From positions 253,768,001 to 253,832,000 of the forward strand of contig NC_086097.1 in NCBI RefSeq assembly GCF_963921235.1: 64,000 nucleotides of DNA, written 5' to 3'. Below, in pieces: positions 1 to 13,282 of the stretch. This stretch comes from Mobula hypostoma. Taxonomy: Eukaryota. The first letter of the stretch is position 1. Every line of letters starts with the position of its first letter. The notes beneath the pieces were generated by a model. That model had not been told where the DNA came from and searched no databases. It was given only the letters and a program-made list of their open reading frames with translations. Made by a program: the position numbers and the translations under genes.

Positions 1-215
1 AAGCTGCAGAAAGTTGTAAACTCAGCCAGCTCCAACATGGGCACCAGCCTCCAGGACATCGTCAAAAGGCGATGCCTCAAAAAGGTGGCATCCATCATCA
101 GGGACCCCTATCACCCAGGACGTGCCCTCTTCTCATTGCTACCATCAGGGAGGAGGCACAGGAGCCTGAAGACACACACTCAATGTTTTAGGAACAGCTT
201 CTTCCCCTCCACCAT
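1..215 (+). mobile_element. Rex1/Babar-type LINE, 3' end of RT ORF (fragment)
   Basis: Translates to CLKKVASIIRDPYHPGRALFSLLPSGRRHRSLKTHTQCFRNSFFP; the same segment recurs near 8170, 23880 and 54670, and near 8170 it lies downstream of a Rex1-type RT core. Confidence 0.75.
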
Positions 216-404
216 TATTGTTGAAATATCTAATTCCAGAGAGGGCAATTTCAAAGGAGATGTGAGGGGCAAGTTGTTTTACACAGAGAGTGGTGCATGG
301 CAGGAATGTACTGCTTGGTATGGTGGTAGAGACTTGGGAACTTCCAGGAGACGTCAATGTGAGGAAAATGAAAGGATATGGATGTTGTTTCAAAAGGTAA
401 GCAT

Positions 405-715
405 GCCGTATACCTTCTTAACCCTCTATCAACCTGTATAGCAGCTTGTAGGGAGCTGAGAACTTGGACCAAAAGTTTCCTCTGCTCATCAACACTGTTA
501 AGGGTCTTGCTGTTAACCATGTTCTGTCCCTTTTTGCCCTACCAAGGTGCAACACGTCACATTTGACCGGGTTAAACTCCATCTGCCATTTCTCCACCCA
601 CATCTGCAACTCATCTACTTCCCATTGTATTTTTTGCCAGCCTTCTGTGCCAACCACCAATCTTTGTATTGTCTGCAAACTTACTAACGCACCCATCAAC
701 ATTCTCATCCAGGCC
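405..715 (-). mobile_element. CR1 LINE RT fragment
   Basis: [11 protein letters not shown] and WVEKWQMEFNPVKCDVLHLG motifs, split by a frameshift. Confidence 0.8.
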
Positions 716-1384
716 ACGGGCATCAAAACGTTCAGTGAATTGTGTCATTTGCGTTAATAACCAACACACCTCTGGGTGTGCTGAGGGCAGCCCACAAAGT
801 ATCACCACACATTTCCAGCGTTAGCGTAACATGTCCACAATGTTCAGCAATACCACCACAGGGAGCAAAACAAGCCCCCTTTCCCCCACTCCTCCATTAC
901 AGGCTCCAGGTCAAGTTCATTCCCATCTGACTGTACAGATATACAACAAACAAAACTACAATTGTGCGCCCACAATACATATGTCACACACAGCACATAA
1001 ACCAAAATATTATCACAAATAAGTTAACAAATATAATTCAAAATGCATGTAGTGTGCAGCACAGGTAATCAGCAAACAGTAACCAGCTCGCTGTCCTAGT
1101 GACGAGACCTCAGTGGTGGGAGGGTATTCTTCCATCTCACTGTTACCCGGTCACCTGTACCTCCTTCCTGACAGTAGTGGGTCAAAGAGATTGTGGGATG
1201 GATGGTAGGGATTCACAACTATGCTTTGGGCCCTTTGCCTGCAAAGTTCACAGAAAATGTCACAAATAGGGCTGAGGGAGACCCCAGTGATTCTCTCAGC
1301 CTGGGTCCTGACACATCAGAACAGGCAGGTCTGATACAAAACTGAATGGTTAGTTATCTGATATTGTTGAATTCGTTGTTAACA

Positions 1385-1720
1385 CCTGAGAGTTGTCACG
1401 TGCCAGTTCACCAGACTGTTTGAAAGTAAAGTTCTGTTTGATGTTTGTTGGTGACAAAATTGATGAAATGATCCCACAATATGTGATCTAGAAATAGCCC
1501 AAAGTGACATTGATGCAAGAGGCCTCTCAAACTGGCAAGGATTCTGATTCATCATTTCTCCGGGTGTCTGTGTGCACAGAGCAAACACAAGATTTTGTAG
1601 TGGTGGAGCAAAATAATTTATTAAAATATCCACAATCTCATTAAGCGATGGCTGAGCCCGAGAGCTTTCAGAGTTTTCAGAGACAGCTTCCACCAGGTAT
1701 AGCTCATTTTCACTGACAGG
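1385..1720 (-). pseudogene. Degenerate Ty3/Gypsy gag fragment
   Basis: Minus-strand LNEIVDILINYFAP...CTQTPGE, then after a frameshift ILASLRGLLHQCHFGLFLDHILWDHFI. This resembles the Gypsy gag pattern QxxGE...LRxLAxxCxFGxxLDxxLRDRF. Confidence 0.55.
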
Positions 1721-1767
1721 CTGACGCAATGCGTTCCACAGTATTTTCTCTGAATCTTGGCTGAACT

Positions 1768-2345
1768 GGAATTGGTTTATTATTGTCACAGGTACTGAGA
1801 CACAGTGAAAAGACTAGTCTTGCACACTTCGTACAGATCAGCTCATTCCACTGTGCATTGGGGTGCAACAAGGTAAAACAATGACAGACAGCAGAATGAA
1901 GTGGAACAGCTACAGAGAAAGTGCAGTGTAGACAGGCAGTGAGGCACGTTCAGAACAAGGTAGACTGTGAGGTCAAGAGTCCAATTCATTGTACTCGGGA
2001 GCCAGTCCATAGTCTTTTAGCACCGGGATAGGAGCTGTCCTCGATAATGGTGGTATATGCTTTCAGGATTTTGTATTTTCTGCCCATTGGGAGCGGGCAG
2101 AAGACAGAATGTCCGGGATAGTGTGGGCTTTAATAAAACTGCCTGCTTTACTGAGACAGCAGTAACAGTAGAGAGGGTCCATGGAGGCGAGGCTGGTCCC
2201 TGTGCTGTGCTGAGCCATGGCAACAACTCTCTGCTGTTAGTTGTAGTCAAGTGCAGAGCACTTACTGTACCAAGTTGTGATGTATCTGGACAGAGTGCTC
2301 TAAGTGTTGACGGGGACATGCCAATTTTCTCCATCCTCCTGAGCA
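1768..2345 (-). mobile_element. Degenerate Rex1-type LINE 3' fragment with 3' UTR
   Basis: Antisense to the LGKAASIIKD...LPSGRRY segment; the tail has tttattattgtcaca at the left end. Confidence 0.55.
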
Positions 2346-2408
2346 TGTCAGATTCGGAATCAGATTTATTAACACTGGCATGTGACATAAAGGTGTTGCT
2401 GAGCCTTC

Positions 2409-4522
2409 ACAGAAACATAGAAAACCTACAGCACAATACCGGCCCTTTGGCCCACAAAGTTGTGCCGAACATGTCCTTACCTTAGAAATTACTAGGCTTA
2501 CATATAGCCCTATATTTTTCTAAACTCCATGTACCTATCCAAGAGTCTCTTAAAAGACCCTATCGTATCCACCTTCACTACCGTTGCCGGCAGCCCATTC
2601 CACGCACTCACCACTCTCTGAGTAAAAAACTTACTTCTGACATCTCCTCTGTACCTACTCCCCAGCACCTTAAACCTGTGTCCTCTCATGTTAGCCATTT
2701 CAGCGCTGGGAAAAAGCCTCTGACTATCCACACAACCAATGCCTCTCATCATCTTATACACCTCTATCAGGTACCTCTCATCCTCCGTCGCTCCAAGGAG
2801 AAAAGGCCGAGTTCACTTAACCTATTCTCATCAGGCATGCTCCCTAAACCAGGCAACATCCTTGTAAATCTCCTCTGCACCCTTTCTATGGTTTCCACAT
2901 CCTTCTGTAGTGAGGCAACCAGAACTGAGCACAGTACTCCAAGTGGGGTCTGACCAGGGTCCTATAGAGCTGCAACGTTACCTTTCGGCTCCTAAACTCA
3001 ATCCCATGGTTAATGAAGGCAGATGCACCATATGCCTTCTTAACCACAGAGTCAATCTGAGTGGCAGCTTTGAGTGTCCTATGGACTCGGACCCCAAGAT
3101 CCCTCTGATCCTCCACAGTGCCAAGAGCCTGACCATTAATACTATATTCTGCCATCATATTTGACCTATCAAAATGAACCACTTCACACTTATCTGGGTT
3201 GAACTCCATCTGCCGCTTCTCAGCCCAGTCTTGCATCCTATCAATGTCCTGCTGTAACCTCTGACAGCCCTCAACACTATCCACAACACCCCCAACCTTT
3301 GTGTCATCAGCAACTTACTAAACCATACCTCCACTTCCTCATCCATGTCATTTATAAAAATCACGAAGAGTACGGGTCCCAGAACAGATCCCTGAGGCAC
3401 CCCACTGGTGACTGAAACTCCATGCAGAATATGACCTGTCTACAACCACTCTTTGCCTTCTGTGGGCAAGCCAGTTCTGGATCCAGAAAGCAATGTCCCC
3501 TTGGATCTCATGTCTCCTTACTTTCTCAATATGCCTTGCATGGGGTACCTTATCAAATGCCTTGTTAAAGTCTATATACGCTACATCTACTGCTCTACTT
3601 TCACCAGTGTATTTAGCCACATCCTCAAATCAGGCTCTTAAGGTACGACCTGCCCTTGACAAAGCCATGCTGACTATTCCTAATCATATTATACCTCTCC
3701 AAATGTTCATAAATCCTGCCTCTCAGGATCTTCTCCATCAACTTACCAACCACTGAAGTAAGACTCACTGGTTTATAATTTCCTGGGCTATCTCTACTCT
3801 CTTTCTTGAATAAGGGAACAACATCTGCAACCCTCTAATCCTCTGGAACCTCCCCCGTCCCCATTGATGATGCAAAGATCATCGCCAGAGGCTCAGCAAT
3901 CTTCTTCCTCACCTCCCACAGTTACCTGGGGTACATCTCGCCTGGTCCCAGAGACTTATCCAACTTGATGCTTTCCGAAAGCTCCAGCACATCCTTTTTC
4001 TTAATATCTACATGTTCAAGCTTTTCAGTCCACTGTAAGTCATCCTTACAATCGCCAAGATCCTTTTCTGTAGTAAATGCTGAAGCAAAGTTTTCATTAA
4101 ATACCTCTGCTATTTCCTCCGGTTCCATACACACTTTTCCACTGTCACACTTGATTGGTCCTATTCTCTCACGTCTTATCCTCTTGCTCTTCACATACTT
4201 GTAGAATGCCTTGGGGTTTTCCTTAATCTTGTCTGCTAAGGCCTTCTCATGGTTCCTTCTGGCTCTCCTAATTTCATTCTTAAGCTCCTTCCTGCTAGTC
4301 TTATAATGTAGATCTCTATCATTACCTAGTTTTTTGAACCTTTTTGTAAGCTTTTCTTTTCTTCTTGACTAGATTTACAACAGCCTTTGTACACCACGGT
4401 TTCTGTACCCTACCATCCTTTCCCTGTCTCATTGGAACGTATCTATGCAGAACTCCACGCAAATATCCCCTGAACATTTGCCACATTTCTGCCATACATT
4501 TCCCTGAGAACATCTGCTCCCA
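2409..4522 (-). mobile_element. CR1 LINE, 5'-truncated ORF2 (RT) plus 3' UTR
   Basis: Broken ORFs give [35 protein letters not shown] and VRPHLEYCAQFW; CATAGAAA-type tail at the left end. Same subfamily as 20410-23121 and 33604-34547. Confidence 0.92.
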
Positions 4523-4803
4523 TCTCCCTCCCCCTTCCCTTTCTCCCATGGTCCACTCTCCTCTCCCAATAGATTTGTTCTTCAGGCCCTTCACCTTTTC
4601 TACCCATCCCCTTCCAGCTTCTCACTTCATCTCTCCTCCTCCACCCACCCACCTTTCCCCTCACCTGGTCTCACCTGTCACCTGCCAGTGTGTCCTCTTT
4701 CGTCTCCCCCACACTTTCCTTTTTATTTTCCACTGTTGATGAAGGTCTCAACCCGAAACATTGACTGTTTATTCCTCTCCATAGACTCTGCCCGACCTAC
4801 TGA
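4523..4803 (+). mobile_element. Penelope-like element terminal (pLTR) fragment with decayed hammerhead
   Basis: Pyrimidine-rich tract followed by ttgatgaaggtctcaacccgaaacattgactg (4736-4767), homologous to 18220-18256. Confidence 0.7.
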
Positions 4804-5284
4804 ACAGGCATTGCAATGCAACAGGCATTGTGTAATCCCATAAACAACACAGATCCCAGGGAAATGGAGAAATGAAGGAGAGAAATATAAAACTCCGAAC
4901 TGCTCACTCACCACCACTCTGCACTGATTCTCTGTACTACTGACTCACTTTCAAAGACTCTTTACTCTTCATGTGTTATTTTTATTTGCTCAGTTGGTTT
5001 TCTTTTGCACATTGGTGTCTGTCAGTCTTTGTATATTTGTGTATAGATTTTGTAAAATTCTATTGTATTTCTTTTTTCCTGCAAATCCTGCATGGAAATG
5101 AATGTCAAAGTACTCTGACTCACCCACAGTACTCACTGTTGGACTGGGGTGTAGAAATGCTTTTTCTTGTAGTTTAACTTTCCTGTGCTTACTTGTGATT
5201 TTATAAAAACACAATGTAATTGTTAGTGAATTTTCCAGTATTTGAAGTACAGTTGGCTTTGTATTTTTCTGTAACTATGGAAGA

Positions 5285-5875
5285 TTAAGGAAAAGTCTTT
5301 GAAGACTGTGACCTAAGGATGGAAACAAAACTTTTGGCTGTGGAGCAATCGTTACAGTCTGGAGCTGAATCAGTGACCAGCTGACAGCTCTGCAACAATA
5401 ACACCACAGATCCTGAGAAGAGTTTTTGAGAGTCATCTGGGAGAGCAGACACACTACTACCAGCGTACTGGACAAAACCAACATAAACAGCACTTCCACC
5501 ACGATAAAGCAACGCCAACTCCGATGGAGAGGCCGTGTCATCCGGATGTCTTACGTACGTCTCCCCAAACAGATCGTTTACTCCCACTTGAAGGAAGGCC
5601 AGTGAGTCCCTGGTGGGCAAAGGGAATACTGCAAAGGTGACATCTAAATCGGTCTGCATAAATCCAACATGACATCTAAAAACTGGGAAGACATTGCACT
5701 CAATAGACACACCTGGAGGAAATCTGTTCAAGAGGGAGCTGTTCTAGATGAGAGCGACCCCCTCTGTGCTGCTGAGAACAAGCAGCATCAGTGAAAGCAG
5801 AAATTGTACAATCAAAAGGCCCAAACGCTCACCACAGACACCACTTACTCATCCCCACACTGCACCAGAATATGG
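5285..5875 (+). mobile_element. RTE-clade LINE, C-terminal RT fragment
   Basis: Frameshifted translation QLRWRGRVIRMSYVRLPKQIVYSHLKEG matches the RTE motif QLRWxGHVxRMxxxRLPKxxxYxxL. Confidence 0.7.
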
Positions 5876-7104
5876 GCTCTAGAAGCCAGTCTGGGTTTCA
5901 CACTTTTTTCGAGAAATTTCTTTGTGTTCAGTAACAGGTGTCACGTGACCTGAATCTGGCTGTTTGATAGGTTAATTGTTATCATTAGACTGTTGGTATA
6001 TCTAGTCTGAGTGTGCGACAACCTCAGCTAGTTTTATAACCTGGTCTTTTCTTTGATCTCTTGCCTTCCTTCTCTTGCTCGTTCACTTTCCACTCTTACT
6101 ACATTTCATACATGGCCATAAGCGATACGTTTTATGCCACTTTCATGAGTTCCAGAGGATCTTTGGAAGTTTCAGGATCCAACAGTACTTTGATACTAAG
6201 TTTACTTTGAACACTGGACTTTGAAAACTCAGGAATGGGGAAAGCACAGAGTTATGGGACTAACTGAATGGGCTAGTATGGATTTATCGGGCTGACTGGC
6301 ACCCACACTCTGCTGCTGTTTCTGCTCATCTGTTGAATAAGGAAACAACTATCGATTATCTGGTAAATCACTCATTTTGCATTTATTTTTAGTTACGTTA
6401 TTTTAATTCATTTAACTGAAGGAGAATTAAGATTAAGTTATCTATATTTTCATTACAATTGACCCTGATATTTTCAGATTCATATGGAAACATACTATTT
6501 ACTGAAACACACAGTGAAATGTGCAGTTTGTGCTAAATTAAATCAGCGAGGATTGTGTGGGGCTGCCCACAAGTGTCCCTGCACTTCTGGCACCAACATG
6601 GCCTGCTTACCCACAAGTCGGATTCGGAATCAGGTGTTTTTGTCACATGCAGTGAAATGCGTAGTTTGTGTTAACCACCGACACAACGTAGGGACACGCT
6701 GGGAGCAGACCGCATGTCCACCTTGCTCAGCAGAACAACACAGAACACAACAAAACAGAACAGACCAAGATTCAACCACTGTCCCACCCCACCACAATGC
6801 CCAGACTACTTTACCATTTCCTGTCAGGCACCTTATGTACTGTGCCAAGCGTCACTTTATGCAGACACAATCCATGTATATAATCTATCTTTCCATATTC
6901 ATATTTATTGTATCTTTCATTATTATAGGTCTGTGTAAAAGTCTCAGGCACGTACACACAGGTAAGACTTTTGCACCGTACTCGATTTGTCAAAGTAGAG
7001 CAGAGAGTGAGTTTGTAAATCTGGCGGGAGCAAAGGATGTTGGGAATGCTGAGAGTGGAATGCTGCGGGAGGGTTCTGGGGTAGTTGGCAGAGAAGGAGA
7101 TTTG

Positions 7105-7420
7105 GCATAAGCCAAACACCCACATCATCAAAAACACACCATCCCTATTGTGAAGCATGTTATGGGGATGCTTCACTGTTGCCGGCCTTGGAAGGCTTGT
7201 GAAAATAGAGGGTAAAAGGAATCCAGCAAAATACAGGGAAATCAGACCTCAATCCAACTGAGAATTGATGGCCAGACTCGAAAAGAGCTTTTCACTCACA
7301 ATCTCCGTGCAATCTGACAGAGCTTGAGCAGTTTTGTAAAGAAGAATGGGGAAAAATTGCAGTGTTCAGATGTGCAAAGCTGATAGAGACCTATCCACAC
7401 AGACTCAAGGCTGCAATTAC
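7105..7420 (+). mobile_element. Tc1/mariner transposase remnant (left piece)
   Basis: KHTIPIVKH...MLWGCF-like sequence, and a C-terminal [26 protein letters not shown] segment. Confidence 0.7.
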
Positions 7421-10075
7421 TGATCATTCCCACAATCCTGATTGAGAAGTTGCAGAACCTGGGCCTCTGTTCCTCCCTCTGCAATTTGATCCTCGACTTC
7501 CTAATCGGAAGACTACAATCTGTGCAGATTGGTGATAACATACTCTCCATGCTGACGATCAACACTGGTGCACCTCAGGAGTGTGTGTTTAGCCCACTGC
7601 TCTACTCTCTATATACCCATGACTGTGTGGCTAGGCATAGCTCAAGCACCATCTATAAACTTGCTGATGATACAACCATTGTTGGTAGAATCCTAGAGAG
7701 AGAGAGAAGTGGGTGTACAGGAGTGAGATATGCCAACTAGTGGAGTGGTGTCGCAGCAACAACCTGGCACTCAACGTCTGTAAGACAAAAGAGCTGATTG
7801 TGGACTTCAGGAAGGGTAAGACGAAGGAACACATACCAATCCTCATAGAGGGATCAGAAGTGGAGAGAGTGAGCAGCTTCAAGTTCCTGGGTGTCAAGAT
7901 CTCTGAGGATCTAACCTGGTCCCAACATGTCAATGCAGTTTAAAGAAGGCAAGACGTGGCTATATTTCATTAGGAGTTTGAAGAGATTTGAAGAGTGTCA
8001 AAAATACACTGAATAACCTCTATAGCTGAACCGTGGAGAGCATTCTGACAGGCTGTATCACTGTCTGAGGGGAGGGGCTACTGCACAGGGCCGAAAGAAG
8101 CTGCAGAAGGTTGTAAGTTTACTCGTCTCCATCTTGGGTGCTCGCCTACAAATTACCCAGGACATCTTCAAGGAGTGGTGTCTCAGAAAGGCATCGTCCA
8201 TTATTAAGGACCACTGGCACCCAAGGCATACCGTTTTATCATTGTTACCATCAGGTAGGGGGTACAGAAACCTGAAGACACACACTCAGTGATTCAGGAA
8301 CAGCTTCTTCCCCTCTGCCATCTGATTTCTAAATGGTCTTTGAACCTGTGAACACTATCTCACTTTTTAAATATATATATTAGACCATAAGACCATAGAA
8401 TATAGAAGCAGAAGTAGGCCATTCGGCCCATCGAGTCTGCTTCGCCATTCAATCATGTGCTAATCCAATTCTTCCAGTCATCCCCACTCCTCTGCCTTCT
8501 CCCCATATCCTTTGATGCCCTGGCTAATCAAGAACCTATCTATCTCTGCCTTAAATACACACAATGACTTGGCCTCCACAGCCGCTCGTGGCAACAAATT
8601 CCATAGATTTACCACCCTCTGATTAAAGTAATTACTCCACATCTCAGTTTTAAAAGGACGTCCTTCAATCCTGAAGTTGTGCCCTCTTGTCTTAGACTCC
8701 TCTACCGGGGGAAATAACTTTTCCATGTCTAATCTGTTCAGGCATTTTAACATTCGGAATGTTTCTATGAGATCTTCCCTCATTCTCCTGAACTCCAGGG
8801 AATACAGCCCAAGAGCTGACAGATGTTCCTCATACGGTAACCCTTTCATTCCTGGAATCATTCTGGTGAATCTTCTCTGAACCCTCTCCAATATCAGTAT
8901 ATCCTTTCTAAAATAAGGAGCCCAAAACTGCACACAATACTCCAAGTGTGGTCTCATGAGTGTCTTATAGAGCCTCAACATCATATCCCTGCTCTTACAT
9001 TCTGTACCTCTAGAAATGAATGCCAACATTGCATTCGCCTTCCGCATCACTGACTCAACCTGGAGGTTAATCTTTAGGGTATCCTGCACAAGGACTCCCA
9101 AGTCCCTTTGCATCTCTGCATGTTGAATACTCTCCACATCTAAATAATAGTCTTCCTATTTATTTCTTCTACCAACTGACCTTACACTTTCCAAGATTGT
9201 ATTTAATTTGCCACTTCTTTGCTCGTTTTCCTGAACTATCTAAGTCTCTCTGCAGGCTCTCTGCTTCCTGAACACTACCCACTCCTCCTATCATCAGCAA
9301 ATTTAGCCACAAATGCATTAATACCATAGTCCAAATCATTTATGTACATCGTAAGAAGCAGCAATCCCAACACCGACCCCTGTGGAACTCCACTGGTAAC
9401 TGGCAGCCAGCCAGAATAGGATCCCTTCATTCCCACTCTCTGTTTTCTGCCGACCAGCCAATGCTCCACCCATGCTGGTAACTTCCCTGTAATTCCATGG
9501 GCTCTTATCTTGCTAAGCAGCCTCATGTGTGGCACCTTGTCAAAGGCCTTCTAAGCATCCAAGACCACCACATCTACTGCATCTCCTTTGTCTACCCTGC
9601 TTGTAATTTCCTCAAAGAATTGCATTAGGTTTGTCAGGCAGGATTTTCCTTTCAAGAAACCATGCTGGCTTTGGCCTATCTTGCCATGTACCTCCAGGTA
9701 CTCCATAATCTCATGCCTTACAATAGATTCTAACAATTTCCCAACCACTGATGTCAGGCTAACAGGTCTATAGTTTCCTTTCTGCTGCCTTCCACCTTCT
9801 TAAGCAGCAGACTAACATTTGCAATTTTCCACTCATCCAGTACGATGCCAGAATCTATCGATTCTCGAAAGATCATCGTTAGTGCTTCTGCAATCTCCCC
9901 AGCTATTTCCTTCAGATTTTTAATCTGTTCAATAAACGTATACTTTAATTGATTTATTTATTATTATTATTATTTTTTCTTCTTCTTCTGTATTATGTAT
10001 TGCATAGATCTGCTGCTGCTAAGTTAGCAAATTTCACGATGTGTGCTCCTGATAATAAACCTGATTCTGATTCTA
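7421..10075 (+). mobile_element. Rex1/Babar-type LINE (RT plus 3' UTR), split by a CR1 insertion
   Basis: [20 protein letters not shown]...[10 protein letters not shown] and LNVCKTKELIVDFRK. The 3' UTR resumes near 9917 and ends in ataaacctgattctgattct. Same family as 54271-55062. Confidence 0.85.
8383..9916 (-). mobile_element. CR1 LINE, 5'-truncated
   Basis: [27 protein letters not shown] and RPHLEYCVQFW motifs; (TAAGACCA)n-type tail at the left end. Confidence 0.92.
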
Positions 10076-10076
10076 A

Positions 10077-10303
10077 ACACTGACTTGAAGGGGGTGAGTA
10101 ATTATGCAATTAATTATTTTGTGTTTAATAATTGTAATAAGTTTCGACCAATCTGTAGAAATTTGATTTTACTTTGATCCGAAAGAGACTTCTTTGTTGA
10201 TTAGTGCCAAAAAAGCCAAACTAAATCCATTGTGATTCAATGTTGTACAACAACAAATCGTGAAAACTTCCAAGGGGGAGGGGATTAATACTTGTAGGTA
10301 CTG
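10077..10303 (+). mobile_element. Tc1 right-end remnant (continuation of 7105-7420)
   Basis: Begins at the expected transposase-stop context (aacactgacttgaagggggtga) and ends in a degenerate TIR-like gtactg. Confidence 0.5.
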
Positions 10304-10399
10304 TGTCATGAAATTTGTTTTTCTTTTTGCAGTAAAGTTACTATTGTACTGTGCAGAAGTCTGAGGTACAATAGCTAAATATGTTATGTGTGCCTAGTG

Positions 10400-10660
10400 T
10401 TGGCGCGTGGCCAAGTGGTTAAGGCGTCGGTCTAGTGATCTGAAGGTCGTGAGTTCGAGCCCCAGCCGAGGGAACGTGTTGTGTCCTTGAGCAAGGCACT
10501 TAATCACACATTGCTCTGTGACAACTCTGGTGCCAAGCTGTATGGGTCCTAATGCCCTTCCCTTGGACAACATTGGTATCGTGGAGAGGGGAGACTTGCA
10601 GCATGGGCAACTGCCAGTCTTCCACACAGCCTTGCCCAGGCCCTGGAAATCTTCCAAGCA
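10400..10660 (+). mobile_element. tRNA-derived SINE
   Basis: A box TGGCCAAGTGG and B box GTTCGAGCC, a CORE-like gtgtccttgagcaaggcactt segment, and a tail shared with 48980-49140. Confidence 0.8.
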
Positions 10661-11889
10661 ATGTGCCTAGGAATTTTCACAGCACTGTATGTGCTTCATG
10701 TTATTATGTTTTGTTTTTGTACTATATCAGATCCGCAGTAATTATAATTTTGATCCCCTTTACAATTGTGTGTTGGAAATTACATTAGATAATCTTGAAT
10801 CTTGAACTTGAATCTTAAATCTTGAATAGACCGTGCAAATGTTAGTGTCTTCACATCATTGGAAAGTCCATTTTGACAGTAGGATTCTGCCTGGATTCGA
10901 GAGTATATGCTGGAACGAGAGGTTGTGCAAACCTGAGTGGTGAAGGCTGAGAGGAGATCTGATAGTTGGCCATTTGATTGCTAATTTAATTGGTGCAGCA
11001 CCACATTGAGGGCCGAATGGCCTGTTCCTGTACTGTACTGTTCTCTGTTCTGTTTTCTATCATTGAAACATCCATCTTGAGAACAGCAGGCCTTGTTTTC
11101 TGCTGCTTCTGTTGGGCTCATTTATTCAACCCTGGGGTTGTATCACAGAGTAAAACACTGAGTCTCTGCTGCTTCAACCATGAGGAAAAATCAGAGTGGA
11201 AAATTGTAGTGGACAGTTCCAACGTGTTCGCATTAACCAAAAAATGCAGCTCCCCACAACAATAAACAAGGCTGTCCAGTTAAATGAGAAAATTATTTTC
11301 CTGTGGAAATGGAATGTTAGATTCCAACCACCTCCAGCCCTTTGGGGATTATAATCTTATGCTAATGTACTTAATGTTAACCACTCATAAGTGCTGGGAA
11401 AATCAACTGGGACATGTGGTGGGAGCATCGCTAATGAAATCAAAGCATATCAATTCTGAGATCCTGCGCCCAATGCAAAGGTGGCAGAAAAGGGCCAGTA
11501 ACATCGTGAAGGACTCCCCCCACCCCCACCCTGCTCATGGACCGTTTGTCTCACTCCCATCAGGGAGGGGCCACGTACCATCTACACCAGGCCTCACCAA
11601 CGTCTTGTACAATTCCAACATAACATTCCACCTCCCGTACTCAGTACTTCAACTGATGAAGGCAGTGTGCCAAAAGCTGCGTTTACAACCCCATCTACCT
11701 GTGATGCCACTTTCAATGAATTATGGGATCTGTGTTCCCAGACTCCTTGGTTCTACCACACTGTTCACAGTGTACGACCTGCCCAGGCTGGGTCTAGTGA
11801 AGTGCAAAACCTCACACTTGTCTGCATTAAATTCCATCTGCAGTTTTTCAGCCCATTTTTCCAGCTGATGCAGATGCCTCTCCAAGCGT

Positions 11890-12313
11890 CATTCGTAAGG
11901 CCAGTGATGTTGTAGGGATGGAACTGGACTCTCTGATGATGGTGTCTGAAAAGAGGATGCTGTCCAAGTTGCATGCCATCTTGGACAATGTCTCCCATCC
12001 ACTACATAATGTACTGGTTGGGCACAGGAGTACATTCAGCCAGAGACTCATTCCTCCGAGATGCAACACTGAGCGTCATAGGAAGTCATTCCTGCCTGTG
12101 GCCATCAAACTTTACAACTCCTCCCTTGGAGGGTCAGACACCCTGAGCCAATAGGCTGGTCCTGGACTTATTTCATAATTTCCTGGCATAATTTACATAT
12201 TACTATTTAACTATTTATGGTTCTATTACTAATTATTATTTATGGTGCAACTGTAACGAAAACCATTTTCCCCCAGGATCAATAAAGTATGTCTATGACT
12301 ATGACTATGACTA
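11890..12313 (+). mobile_element. Rex1/Babar-type LINE 3' fragment (second family)
   Basis: KLHAILDNVSHPLH...RCNTERHRKSFLPVAIKLYN, then AATAAA and a (CTATGA)n tail; inserted into an older minus-strand CR1. Confidence 0.75.
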
Positions 12314-12574
12314 AGCCATGATCACCTTCCTCCATGTCCACTACACCCTCAATCTTGGTGTCATCCGCAAATTTGCTGATTCAGTTAACCACATTATTAT
12401 CCAGGTCATTGAAATAGATGACAAACAACAATAGACCTAGCACTGGTCCTTGCACACACCACTAGTCACAGGCCTTTGGTCAGAGAAGCAACCATCTACT
12501 ACCACTCTCTGGTTTCTCCCACAAAGCCAATGTCTAATCCAATTTACTACCTCATCCTGAATGCCGAGTGACTG

Positions 12575-13282
12575 AAAGAACCCCTCTCCAACTGTTAAGC
12601 ACGGGGGTGGATCGATCATGCTTTGGGTTTGTGTTGCAGCCAGTGGGACGGGGAACATTCACTGGTAGAGGGAGGAATGAATTCAATTAAATACCAGCAA
12701 ATTCTGGAAGCAAACATCACACCGTCTGTAAAAAAGCTGAAGATGAAAAGAGGATGACTCCTACAACAGGATAATGATCTTAAACACACCTCAAAATCCA
12801 CAATGGACTACCTCAAGAGGCACAAGCTGAAGGTTTTGCCATGGCCCTCACAGTCCCCTGACCTAAACATCATCGAGAATCTGTGGATAGACCTCAAAAG
12901 AGCAGTGCATGCAAGATGACCCAAAGATCTCACAGAATTAGAAGCCTTTTGCAAGGAAGAATGGGCGAAAATCACCCAAACAAGAATTGAAAAACTCTTT
13001 GCAGGCTACAAAAAGCATTTACAAGCTGTGATACTTGCCAAAGGGGGTGTTACTAAGTACTGACCATGCAGGGTGTCCAAACTTTTGCTTCGGGCTCTTT
13101 TCCTTTTTTGTTATTTTGAAACTGTAAAAGATGGAAATAAAAAAGTTTTATTACTTAAAATATTAAAGAAATGTGTCATCTTTAACTTTATGCCTTTTGG
13201 AAATCAGTCCATCTTTTACTCGCTTAGTTGTGCACAGTAACAGAAATTTTGACCGGGGTGCCCAAACTTTTGCATGCCACTG
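12575..13282 (+). mobile_element. Tc1 (DD34E) transposon, right half with IR/DR-type end
   Basis: [11 protein letters not shown], then QQDND...[15 protein letters not shown] with 34 residues between D and E. Stop after KGGVTKY. Ends ...gcatgccactg followed by TA (13283-13284). Confidence 0.9.

Noticed and set aside
6484..7110. 208-aa ORF as a host gene
   Set aside because: It crosses repeat fragments also seen near 730-850 and low-complexity tracts, and has no recognisable domain.
10400..10470. tRNA gene (also 38523-38590)
   Set aside because: A and B boxes run into SINE bodies, with no clean cloverleaf or T-run terminator.
11284..11868. 194-aa ORF
   Set aside because: It is a chance read-through of unique DNA, a Rex1 fragment and an antisense CR1.
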